Source: Giardia intestinalis
Lineage: Eukaryota
Assembly: GCA_000002435.2 (NCBI GenBank)
Contig: CM018791.1
Length of the DNA: 64,000 bases
Strand: one strand, 5' to 3'
The notes under the pieces were generated by a model. That model worked only from the letters and a program-made list of their open reading frames with translations. It had not been told where the DNA came from and did not search any database. Below are positions 23,107-32,312 of the stretch, piece after piece. Both the position numbers and the translations under genes were made by a program. Every line of letters begins with the position of its first letter. The stretch's first letter is position 1.

Positions 23107-25631
23107 ATATCTATCTGAGACTTATCATTACTATACTTAGGTGGCATATTATATGTTCCTTTAACTAGATAATGATTCAGATTAGAAACATTTTGGGCTC
23201 CAATGTCATAATAGCTAGATTGCTGATTCTTTTGATGACTCACTGAATTTTGCATCAAGGAGCAATTGACACCCTTATCAACAAGCACTTGATTAATTTC
23301 GCAAGTAGAACCATTGTGAATAAATGCACCATCGTTTAAATCTCCGCTTAGATTTGTAGACGGATCAGCTAATGATTTAACACTCAAATGCTCCTCTTTC
23401 CATGCTACATGGCTTGATTGCTGGCTTAGGACTTCCGCCTCCCTCTGCGATTCGTACTGCATACTGGGATCTTTGGCTTGTAAAACACTTCTGTTGCTAA
23501 GGTAATTAAGCTCAGGTGTGTAACCACTTAATTGGCGTGTGTTTTCATTTGGCAAAGTATCATACAATGTGCTATCTTTAACAGAGAAAAGAGAGCTGTT
23601 ATCTCCCCTATACCCTTGCTGGTTAGATACGCTTAGCTCCCGAGCGCCGGAGATACTTATGGTATTGTAAGGTGTATTGTCTTCATGAGATAGCTCCTTC
23701 ACAGTCTCGTTTTCTCCCGGTTCTGGGTTAACAAGTGTGCTATAGCTCAAACCCCGTGCATGAGACGCCGTGATGGTAACATCATAAGGTGCTGATGGTG
23801 AAACCTGTGAACGCACGGGAAGATTTGGATCCCAACAATAGCTATGATCATACGGTGATACTGCTGTTAGAGGGGTGTTTATTTCTGACGTACTAATGTC
23901 GGACCTATCTGGCTTCTGCATCAATGTATTCTTATACTCCGTTGTATTATAAGTTGCTCTCTTCGTTTGTCGTGTGTAATCAGTCATATCATGGATTGTC
24001 TCAGCCTTGTCGTCTGGGCGCGCAGGGAATGTGTCTCCTGGCTTTCCGTATGCATAGCTCAGTACGCGGGCGCTTTTTACTAAAATCGGCCCGTCATTTC
24101 TATAAGGCGTGAGCCCCATATCGCTTCCAACTAGATTAGTTTCCATATCAGAAAAGATATCCTTCTGTGTTTTCTCTTTGTAGTCTTTTACGAGTTTATT
24201 CTCGTCTAACAATTCTTCTCTTGTTTGTGCTACCTTCTCCAGTTTATCTTTCCAATAGTTAGCCCATGATATGTCGTCAGAAATAGTGACGGGCAGTGTT
24301 CCTGAAGTAGTACTGAGAACATTCTGTGTGTCTCCAGCCACAATTGCTGTGGGCATTGTAGCCAGCAGTGTTGCATTAGGTGTAAGTGCTATCTTCTTAG
24401 TGTCTTCAGATAACTGTACTTGGTGATCAATTGCGGTTGATTTCCCCGGTTCTATTGAATTACTTACATTCCTAAATAATGTCTGTAAATTGCTTGTTGC
24501 AGCGGCACTATATCCATAGTTCTCTGGGCAGGTATTACTGTAATCGTTAGATTTGAATGTCTGCTGCTGAGACTTTGTCGCTACTAATTGATCTTGTGGA
24601 GCAGGTTTCGAAGAAGCTAAGTTGCCATATTGAGATTGGTGTAATGGGACAGTGATAAGGGGGTCTTGCTGAGATTTCGTCCAGTATGCCGGTGCTTTGG
24701 AAACCTGGCTTCGTAGGCTTTCAAACGCGGAGGGGAGCTGAGGAGGAGGCACGATGGGGCCGTGCTCCTTCAAATAGTCACGGTACACAGACCATGCTTT
24801 ATGTATTCGTGGATGCTTGAGTAACTCATCTGCAGGAGGACGACTCCTGGGGTTATGATCGAGAAGCAGATTAATTATTCTGGTTAGCTCTGCACTGTAG
24901 CCGTGATATGATGTCTTTACAAAGGAACTGAGAGATTGTATGGCTTCCTGCTTGTTGGCACATGTCTCTCTGTACCGGCGAAGCGTGCACATTTCGTGTA
25001 GTACACATCCTAACATGAACATGTCGACCTTCGCCCCATACTTATGCCCCAAGAGCATTTCAGGCGCCATGTAAACATAATCGCCAACCTGTTCAGAGAT
25101 CTCAGACGCCTGACTCAAAGAGACTGCTTGACGCATACCGCCTAAAACACACGCTGTGTTGTTAGACAAGAATATGGTTTCTGGACGTATGTTTCGATGA
25201 ATTACTATTCCGACTTCGGGACAATTCAATTTATAAGGTGAATGTAGGTAGGCAAGCACATCGCAGAGCTGGGCAAGAACCATCCAAATAGTGCTTTCGT
25301 CATAGAGATGCGCAGCCTCAAATCTGTCAACGATTTGCTGCCGTAAGCTCTGGCTTAAATATGCATCCATGAAGACATAGTACGTGTGGCGGAACTGGTC
25401 GTGGAAAACATTATGAATCTGAAGAATTCCTGGGTGCTGAAGTCTCTGTGTTAGTTGATACTGTCGATCTACATGCTCTCGAAGAGTAGTTGCAGATTGA
25501 GTGTAGTCTATAACTTTGCAGACAACGTCGTGTGAGGTCCACGTATCGTGCGCCCAATGAATCCTAGAATGCTGCCCATGGGTAAGAAGAGGCCCAAGGC
25601 GGTACCTATCCATCAGGAGAGTCGTGAGCAT
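22314..25631 (-). CDS. NEK-like protein kinase (probably inactive: HRN for HRD, no DFG), long S/T/N-rich linker, C-terminus reading ~15.5 units into the 51-bp satellite; true 3' end uncertain
   Basis: ATG verified at 25631..25629. N-terminal kinase fold (MDRYRLGPLL...VVCKVID...HRNIRPETIFL...YMAPEML...DMFMLGCVLHEMC). The unique sequence ...KYSNDKSQIDI joins MPGQVGPSTHLVDRGNS repeats at 23106 with no stop. The first stop is at 22314, caused by a repeat variant. Confidence 0.6.
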   Translation of the reverse strand: MLTTLLMDRYRLGPLLTHGQHSRIHWAHDTWTSHDVVCKVIDYTQSATTLREHVDRQYQLTQRLQHPGILQIHNVFHDQFRHTYYVFMDAYLSQSLRQQIVDRFEAAHLYDESTIWMVLAQLCDVLAYLHSPYKLNCPEVGIVIHRNIRPETIFLSNNTACVLGGMRQAVSLSQASEISEQVGDYVYMAPEMLLGHKYGAKVDMFMLGCVLHEMCTLRRYRETCANKQEAIQSLSSFVKTSYHGYSAELTRIINLLLDHNPRSRPPADELLKHPRIHKAWSVYRDYLKEHGPIVPPPQLPSAFESLRSQVSKAPAYWTKSQQDPLITVPLHQSQYGNLASSKPAPQDQLVATKSQQQTFKSNDYSNTCPENYGYSAAATSNLQTLFRNVSNSIEPGKSTAIDHQVQLSEDTKKIALTPNATLLATMPTAIVAGDTQNVLSTTSGTLPVTISDDISWANYWKDKLEKVAQTREELLDENKLVKDYKEKTQKDIFSDMETNLVGSDMGLTPYRNDGPILVKSARVLSYAYGKPGDTFPARPDDKAETIHDMTDYTRQTKRATYNTTEYKNTLMQKPDRSDISTSEINTPLTAVSPYDHSYCWDPNLPVRSQVSPSAPYDVTITASHARGLSYSTLVNPEPGENETVKELSHEDNTPYNTISISGARELSVSNQQGYRGDNSSLFSVKDSTLYDTLPNENTRQLSGYTPELNYLSNRSVLQAKDPSMQYESQREAEVLSQQSSHVAWKEEHLSVKSLADPSTNLSGDLNDGAFIHNGSTCEINQVLVDKGVNCSLMQNSVSHQKNQQSSYYDIGAQNVSNLNHYLVKGTYNMPPKYSNDKSQIDIMPGQVGPSTHLVDRGNSMPGQVGPSTHLVDRGNSMPGQVGPSTHLVDRGNSMPGQVGPSTHLVDRGNSMPGQVGPSTHLVDRGNSMPGQVGPSTYLVDRGNSMPGQVGPSTHLVDRGNSMPGQVGPSTHLVDRGNSMPGQVGPSTHLVDRGNSMPGQVGPSTHLVDRGNGTPGQLGPSTYLVDRGNGTPGQLGPSTYLVDRGNSMPGQVGPSTHLVDRGNSMPGQVGPSTHLVDRGNSMPGQVGPSTALERTSLTGEMGLRAS

Positions 25632-25655
25632 TGAGAGGCAAATTTAAGAATAAAT

Positions 25656-27113
25656 TTACTCATTTTGGATAGCATCATCGACGAATTGAGACATATATGG
25701 TGTTTTGACACTAAATACAGAAGAATCAAGCCAATTTCTTTTCAAGATAGGCGATGCTTGAGCAGAATTGTTGTCTTGTTCTATTGTTCTAGTATGGTTA
25801 TCCTGGCCACCATCAAAATAGGCCATAGTATTAGATTGACGTATGGCTTGCAAAGTGTGATCATCGGCAGAGCTACATGATTGAATTTTATGCTGCTCTT
25901 TATCTTGAACGAAGTCCTGTACGATTGGTCTAAGATGACTAGGGCTCTGCTTCCTTTGTCGTTTATGCTTTAATGCATGCGATTGCTGCTTGTTGATCAG
26001 TAAGCTATCATCAAGAATAGAGCAACCACGCTTCTCTTCAAAGTCAAGAAGCAGAATATCATTGTAACGCGCCACGTAGTGAGCCTTGATGTTCGCAGCA
26101 GAGCCAGCTGAAGCACTTGCAAGCTCGGAAGACTCGTGGCTTTCAATGCTTGCTTGCGTGCACAAGAGATTGATGGACGAATCATCGTCTGCATGAACAC
26201 TACAAAACTGAGCATCCTGTGGCTGTAGCTCTTCTTCCTTTTCCTCTTCTTCTGTAAGCCCGTAAGTCCCCAAGCGAGCCTTATATGATTGAATCATTTC
26301 GCGAATAATTCCGTTAACAGATAGCACATCAACTGCTAGGCGGCATTCAGGCTCTAGTTCTAGGAAGGTGTTTATTATAGACGTCAAACTAGTGGAGTAC
26401 AGGGGCATCTGCACCTTTCTCTGCAGCTTTCCTAGCTTTTGTAAGGCATCCATTGGGTTTAGTGCAAGACAGAAAGGCCTAAACGTACAGAGTTCATATA
26501 TTATGCAACCCAAAGACCAAATGTCAGATTTTGTAGTAGCAACCCCTGTCCGCAGTAGCTCCGGTGCTCTATACTCTGCTGTGTGCACAGGAAAGCACTT
26601 GTAATACATGAGCTTGCGGGAGAGACTCAGAAAGCTCACAGTAATGATATCTAAGTTATCGATAAAGATAGATTCTGGTGTCAATGCATAAAGTAAAGCC
26701 TGGTCATGATTGGGCCCAACATCGTGTAGATAAGATAGAAGATCAATGAACTGAGATAGTATATACCAGACGCTCCGTTCTGGAAGGTGCGAGCCCCGAT
26801 CCAGAGCCTTTCGGCGTCTGATGTATTGACTCAGGGTCTCCTGCTTAACTTGCTCCATAAACAGGAAGTAACGTTGACCAGCACGATCATGCAACACGCT
26901 GAGATAATGAACAAGCAGAGGGTGTCGAAGCCGCTTAATTAGAGCAACCTCTCTGTGGAGCACAGCGGCCTCATGTGGAGACAGCCGACCGTACTCATAA
27001 ACCTTACAGAGACATGACTTCTGAATGCGTAGATCCGCTGCTTCGTATATTATGCTGTAGGAGCATGCCTTGAAGGGTTTTCCAAGACAAAACCTGTCGA
27101 GAATTCTAATCAT
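25656..27113 (-). CDS. NEK-like kinase paralog (pseudokinase-like; HRD and DFG absent)
   Basis: Track start 27209 is TTG. The frame upstream of it hits a stop at 27269..27267 with no ATG. The first ATG is 27113..27111, giving MIRILDRFCLGKPF... like the other paralogs (M..RY.L...G). Kinase C-lobe SDIWSLGCIIYELCTF is present. Confidence 0.7.
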   Translation of the reverse strand: MIRILDRFCLGKPFKACSYSIIYEAADLRIQKSCLCKVYEYGRLSPHEAAVLHREVALIKRLRHPLLVHYLSVLHDRAGQRYFLFMEQVKQETLSQYIRRRKALDRGSHLPERSVWYILSQFIDLLSYLHDVGPNHDQALLYALTPESIFIDNLDIITVSFLSLSRKLMYYKCFPVHTAEYRAPELLRTGVATTKSDIWSLGCIIYELCTFRPFCLALNPMDALQKLGKLQRKVQMPLYSTSLTSIINTFLELEPECRLAVDVLSVNGIIREMIQSYKARLGTYGLTEEEEKEEELQPQDAQFCSVHADDDSSINLLCTQASIESHESSELASASAGSAANIKAHYVARYNDILLLDFEEKRGCSILDDSLLINKQQSHALKHKRQRKQSPSHLRPIVQDFVQDKEQHKIQSCSSADDHTLQAIRQSNTMAYFDGGQDNHTRTIEQDNNSAQASPILKRNWLDSSVFSVKTPYMSQFVDDAIQNE

Positions 27114-27214
27114 TAATTCTAACCGTTTTTTGATCCTTTGATTCAAGTCAGAGCCCGCGGACGAGCTGCAAACAGACAGCGAAATAATTACGCTCACTAC
27201 CCTCCACAAACAAC

Positions 27215-28354
27215 TTAGTCGGCAAGAATTGTCCCTGGAGCAGTTAGTATCGACGACGTACCATGTTCAGACGACACTGTGGGGATACGCTTTGACCTTT
27301 CTGATGATGTTAGCCCAAACTGGGACACCAGCTCTCGATTTAACGTACAGCAGTTTCCCACTGGCTTCCCACAAACACAAAGAAGATCATGTTGGATCTC
27401 ACTGGAGAGCATTGGAGATTGAGCAGGTTGTGTCTTCCGTAGTGCTTCGTTATGAGAAATGACCCGCCTATACGTTCTCCATATATCGCAGACTGTATTC
27501 AGCTTCAAGATTTGCTTTGCATAGATACGCTGGCTAGGCTCTGGAGCAAGCATCTGAGAAAGAAGCGAGATTATATTGGCATCTTTACCGGTCAGTAGAG
27601 GGTCACTTTTGAAGGAGGGCGGTGCTGAGATGGAGTGTAGAATCTCTGACAAGCACGTCCCTTGAATGTACGGCACTCCGAGATAGAACTCATACATGAA
27701 GCATCCTAAGGACCAGATGTCTGAAGCCCACGTAGCTTGCTTACCCATCAAGATCTCTGGAGAAAGGTAGCGGGCGGTATTTGCAGACTGGCAATCAACG
27801 TTATTCGTTTCAATGTATTTGGACATTCGTATCTGTGCCACCGTTACCACTCCCAGATTATCCAGATAAATGCCAGCAGGGTCTAGAGAGCGCAGAATGA
27901 CTGTACTGATGTCCGGTGCATTTCTCTTAGACGGACTATGAAGATAAGCAAGAAGTTCCGCCAATTGCATCAGGACGAGCCAAAAGGTCTGCTTACTTGG
28001 GCTGGAAAATGTAGGGAGCTGATAGCTTCCTGTTCCAAAACGTAACCGTTGGTGCATCTTTAAACTATCTGTGCGCATGTCCTTCATGACCAAAAACGAT
28101 GAACCTATAGAGTCTCCCTCAGCTATCTCCAAATATTCCATCAAATTTGGATGTCTAAGTGTGCGCGTCAGTGATATATTCAAGTGCAACTGCGAGAGCA
28201 ACGAGAGTGAGAGCTTTGAGTAAATCAATCTCTTACACACACACGGTCTATAAGTATACCGATCAACAGCTAAATATAGAAACCCATGAGCTGTCTTCTG
28301 GCAAACGCTCCCCAGCTCGTACCGTTTCCCTATTACGATGCTAGTTTTCATCAT
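27215..28354 (-). CDS. NEK-like kinase paralog (pseudokinase-like) with C-terminal CVCGKPVGNCC cysteine motif
   Basis: ATG ATG verified at 28354..28349. IGKRYELGSVCQKTAHGFLYLA...CVCKRLIY...SDIWSLGCFMYEF. No HRD/DFG motifs. Confidence 0.7.
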   Translation of the reverse strand: MMKTSIVIGKRYELGSVCQKTAHGFLYLAVDRYTYRPCVCKRLIYSKLSLSLLSQLHLNISLTRTLRHPNLMEYLEIAEGDSIGSSFLVMKDMRTDSLKMHQRLRFGTGSYQLPTFSSPSKQTFWLVLMQLAELLAYLHSPSKRNAPDISTVILRSLDPAGIYLDNLGVVTVAQIRMSKYIETNNVDCQSANTARYLSPEILMGKQATWASDIWSLGCFMYEFYLGVPYIQGTCLSEILHSISAPPSFKSDPLLTGKDANIISLLSQMLAPEPSQRIYAKQILKLNTVCDIWRTYRRVISHNEALRKTQPAQSPMLSSEIQHDLLCVCGKPVGNCCTLNRELVSQFGLTSSERSKRIPTVSSEHGTSSILTAPGTILAD

Positions 28355-28418
28355 CTGCCCACACAGTTTTTGAAAACCGTAGGCTTAAAGCATTAACAAG
28401 GGATCAAAACAAATATCT

Positions 28419-30206
28419 TTACTGCATACTAGATTGAATAGATGAGATGTGCATAGATGACGGTTGTTCTCTATACCTATTGGGTCTGCCCTCATAAACG
28501 TCTGCTGGTTGCACAGAATTGTAAGAAATCTGTGCCTTGTATGATTGAATAGGGGAAGTGGCGACAGATTGCTTAAGAAAGTTGGGGCTGCAATGCACAG
28601 CATTGTGCTGTGTTGATGGCTTAACGAGTTTTCTAGCACTTGGGTGCAAATGCTGAGAAGATATGAATCCGTGTGTGTTAGGAGGAATGATCCTGTCTCG
28701 AATGAGCTCTAAGGATGGAACATCAGTTATAATATCCTGAAGCGTTACTGGAGAAGGCGTTCCAACCCCCTGATCACACATGTACTGATCCTGAATGGCA
28801 GGTTGATGCATAGTCTCAGGCTTATCGTCGACAGTGATTTCCTGAGAGTGCCTGCTCGGGAATGAAGACTGTTGTACCGGCTGTTCGTTCATTGATACCG
28901 AGCCACTTGAAGAAAAGCTAGCAGTGGGACTGAAACTAGAGATAGAGCTGCCTTGAAGCAGGTTTGCATTGTCGCTAAAGACTGATGGTTGCTCACTTAT
29001 CTGATTATACTGGATAGGGCGCCTAGCTCCGAGGGGCCGCGTGCGTGGCTCTGCAAACACTTTGCTGAGCATGTAGCGACGATGATGCCCTTTGCCCTGC
29101 TTAGATATCCAGTTGTTAACAATAGTGTAAGTATTCCCAGATGAATTTGCAACACGCGTATAGGAAACATTATGTGAATACGGGGGTTCTGCAGCAAGTT
29201 TCTTTAGGTACCGGCGATAGCCACAGCAATCGTCCATATTTCCTCCACATGCACAGGTACTCATTCGGGCTATACGTGGTTTGCGCTTATAGTAATGGAC
29301 CCGCAAGAGCTCCTTATATGTAATCATTAGCTCAGCTATTGGGGGGCGTGCAATAAGGTCATCGGTGCTGGGCCGCCTTTCTGGGCGTGGATTCAAAAGG
29401 TCTGTAATGAAGTCTGACAACTTTCTTGAATACTTAAACTTTGTGTTTGCTGGATTGGTTGTTAGTTCAACCGTTATGTTGGGAGGTGCAAGACTTAGTT
29501 CTAGCACTTGCTGTCTTGTCCAGCCAGTAACATATGGTCTGCGCATGCATAGCTCAAAGAGCGTTGCGCCTAGTGACCAGATGTCCATAGTGTGGAAAGG
29601 CCTAGCACCTGCTAAGAGCTCTGGGGCATTATAACAAGGGGTCTCGTAGTCAGCTGACTCCGGAAATATATCAAAACGTGCTAGTCGAACTGTGTCCACG
29701 AGAACAAAGCCCATTTCGCTAATATATATGCAAGACGGCCTCAAATCCAGGAGAACTTTGTCTTTTGTGGCTGTCTGAGATGAGTAGTCTGCCAAGAACT
29801 TAATGAGTTGAGTGGCGATCATCCAAATGGTGTCTTCGGAGAAAAAGAAGTCGTCCATAATAGCAGTATCCAACTGGGTTCGCAGGTCTCCGTACTTATG
29901 TAGATCTACAAGAGCAGCAAGGTTTCCACCTTTTTGGTCCAAGACTACGCTGCTGTATTTCATCTGTCCCGGAAATGTAGATTTCTGGGCCAAGGCTGCT
30001 TCGTAACGAATGAGCTCAATCTGGTGGCTTGTCAGCTTTGCAAGTGGAAACTTCTTACAGCTAAATTGCCGCTGCGACGTGATGTCTTTCATACAGAATA
30101 TGTGTGAGTATTTGCCACGAAAAATCTCAGACTCTTGCCGATACCTTCCTAAGAGAAGTTGGTCCTCGGCAGCAGGCTGTGTGGCAGGATAGTTGACTGC
30201 TAACAT
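28419..30206 (-). CDS. NEK-like kinase paralog (pseudokinase-like) with CACGGNMDDCC motif and S-rich tail
   Basis: ATG verified at 30206..30204. LLGRYRQESEIFRGKYSHIFCMKD...SCKKF...DIWSLGATLFELC. Confidence 0.75.
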   Translation of the reverse strand: MLAVNYPATQPAAEDQLLLGRYRQESEIFRGKYSHIFCMKDITSQRQFSCKKFPLAKLTSHQIELIRYEAALAQKSTFPGQMKYSSVVLDQKGGNLAALVDLHKYGDLRTQLDTAIMDDFFFSEDTIWMIATQLIKFLADYSSQTATKDKVLLDLRPSCIYISEMGFVLVDTVRLARFDIFPESADYETPCYNAPELLAGARPFHTMDIWSLGATLFELCMRRPYVTGWTRQQVLELSLAPPNITVELTTNPANTKFKYSRKLSDFITDLLNPRPERRPSTDDLIARPPIAELMITYKELLRVHYYKRKPRIARMSTCACGGNMDDCCGYRRYLKKLAAEPPYSHNVSYTRVANSSGNTYTIVNNWISKQGKGHHRRYMLSKVFAEPRTRPLGARRPIQYNQISEQPSVFSDNANLLQGSSISSFSPTASFSSSGSVSMNEQPVQQSSFPSRHSQEITVDDKPETMHQPAIQDQYMCDQGVGTPSPVTLQDIITDVPSLELIRDRIIPPNTHGFISSQHLHPSARKLVKPSTQHNAVHCSPNFLKQSVATSPIQSYKAQISYNSVQPADVYEGRPNRYREQPSSMHISSIQSSMQ

Positions 30207-30688
30207 CTAGCCTTGAACTCTGTGTGTCCACTGCAGAGACTGTGCTAATTTAAAAACTCTTCAGGCTATTGGGGTTACAGAGTTTGTTTTTGAAACACAG
30301 ACCTAGCTTACAACGTAGAGTAACAACCACTCGCCTACAGCTAGGTCGTTTTCATTTACTTCACATAAAACGGTCAACCTAAAGAAGCAGAATAATTTAT
30401 ATAAATTAAACTAAGAGTTTTTAATCCGCTCAAGATACACCCAAAGGTACAGCTTATGCATAACCTGTAACTATAATTAAGAATACACAACAATACATGC
30501 GTTGAGAGCTACCCGTTTTGGTCGAGATTGTCTGATTTGATAGTAGCTTCGTAGCAATCTTCGCAATGATTTAAAATTTTGCCTGCGTGCTAGTGCTTAT
30601 GATGACATAGGTTCACCATAGCCTTGCTTCTATCAAGACAGGAGATGTCACAGTGTTCGTACCGCACAGTAAAAAGCGCTGACAAGAC

Positions 30689-32290
30689 CTAGCCACCACC
30701 CTTGAGAGTGTGACTAGATCGCACATGCTGTATTGGGGACATTTCCACCACTACCGGAGAAACTGACTTCTGCGAGTGCCGACGACTCTGTTGTCGGTCA
30801 TTTTCATAGGATACTGACTCTAGGACAACAGGATCTTTTGAATAATGAAACGTCTTCTGGCCGGCATACATTAGGCTGTCAACAGATGGGTGAGGCCGTA
30901 ATGACATCGAAAAACCCTGAGTGTCTGGAGACACCTTTTTGTGCTGCAGAACATTGTCGAACGACTCCTTGACAGATAGAGATTGTGTGTTAGGGTCATT
31001 TGTCCTATCACTCTTTGGAAGAGAGTCGGTAGTAGCCCCCTTCCAGTACCTTCTGTCAAAAGGAGAAAAGTTTCTAACATCATCGTCACGATACACGTTA
31101 CTTCCTTTGTTGTCGCCTGTGCATCCATGCGGAAGGCTGAAATCCATAATGCTATAGTCGTTTTTAGCGTGTATTTTCGGATCTTTATTCATGGCTGTAA
31201 CAGTTAGCTGAGACTTAGAAGAAGATATTGGCTCCATAGGCCGTGTCTCAACGTGCCAAGTAGCAGCTCCTTTCTTCAGTGACTCTAGGGGTACTTGCCT
31301 ATCTGTGTGGTCGGCTAGACCATAAGAAAGTGCCTCCGCCGCGTCTGCGTAATTCCTGTGCACAAACGTTGGACAAAAACAATCTGTTTGAAGATCACAG
31401 CATACCTTTCCGTTTCCGCCACAGGAACATACTCCGTTCCCGGCACACACAAGCATTTCTTTATAATGCTGCAACGTGGAATTCTTTAGTAAGTATTCCG
31501 GAGACGCTCGACTGCTCGCTATGGGATCCAGCATAGTACTAAGCAGATCCTGCATCTCACGTGAATATCCCCTCAGGTTAAAGGTTGGTCTCGCATCTTT
31601 AATAAGCCCAAACAGCTCGCTGACATCCAGCAGCTCATAAAGAGGCCGCAAAGTACACATTTCATACGCAATGCAGGCCACAGACCATACATCTGACTTG
31701 ATAGACCAGTTCTTGCCCCCAATTACTTCTGGCGCATGATAGCACGGTGTAAGCTTTGGTTTATTTGTCCGAAAGTGTTCATACTTACCTAGATGAAAGC
31801 GATGGAGCTGAAAAATACCGTATTTGGAGACAAATATATTATCAGGGCGAATAACGTAATTGTGTGGACAAGAGAGGCTCTCGATATTAGAAGAACCGTG
31901 CAGAAGCACAAACAAGTCTAGCATAGAGGCCAAAAATATCCAAATGCTTGCCTCCTCAAATGGCTTCTGTATTGTTTTCCGGTGCCTAATTTGCTCGTAG
32001 AGGCTCTGTGATTTATAGTAAGGCATAACAGCAAAATAGCCAGCCCACTGCTTTTCGAAAAATGTATCCAAATAGGGCACGAGATACTTATTCCTGAGGC
32101 TGCGGGCCATGAGAAGTTCCGCTTGAAAGGCTCGAGCCAACTCCTCTGTGGGTAAAGGAAGAACAAACTTCTTGACAACCACGGGCCCCGCTTCCTCCTG
32201 CGTACTATCCACTGCAAGCATGATGACAGAACAGCGAGACCGCGCAATTTGCCCGAGAATCTCATAGCGATTGGAAAGGACGGGGTGCAT
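30689..32290 (-). CDS. NEK-like kinase paralog (pseudokinase-like) with CSCGGNGKVCC motif
   Basis: ATG verified at 32290..32288. SNRYEILGQIARSRCSVIMLA...VVKKF...SDVWSVACIAYEMCTLRPLY. Confidence 0.75.
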   Translation of the reverse strand: MHPVLSNRYEILGQIARSRCSVIMLAVDSTQEEAGPVVVKKFVLPLPTEELARAFQAELLMARSLRNKYLVPYLDTFFEKQWAGYFAVMPYYKSQSLYEQIRHRKTIQKPFEEASIWIFLASMLDLFVLLHGSSNIESLSCPHNYVIRPDNIFVSKYGIFQLHRFHLGKYEHFRTNKPKLTPCYHAPEVIGGKNWSIKSDVWSVACIAYEMCTLRPLYELLDVSELFGLIKDARPTFNLRGYSREMQDLLSTMLDPIASSRASPEYLLKNSTLQHYKEMLVCAGNGVCSCGGNGKVCCDLQTDCFCPTFVHRNYADAAEALSYGLADHTDRQVPLESLKKGAATWHVETRPMEPISSSKSQLTVTAMNKDPKIHAKNDYSIMDFSLPHGCTGDNKGSNVYRDDDVRNFSPFDRRYWKGATTDSLPKSDRTNDPNTQSLSVKESFDNVLQHKKVSPDTQGFSMSLRPHPSVDSLMYAGQKTFHYSKDPVVLESVSYENDRQQSRRHSQKSVSPVVVEMSPIQHVRSSHTLKGGG

Positions 32291-32312
32291 TTGTTTTTAA
32301 AATTTAACAGTG

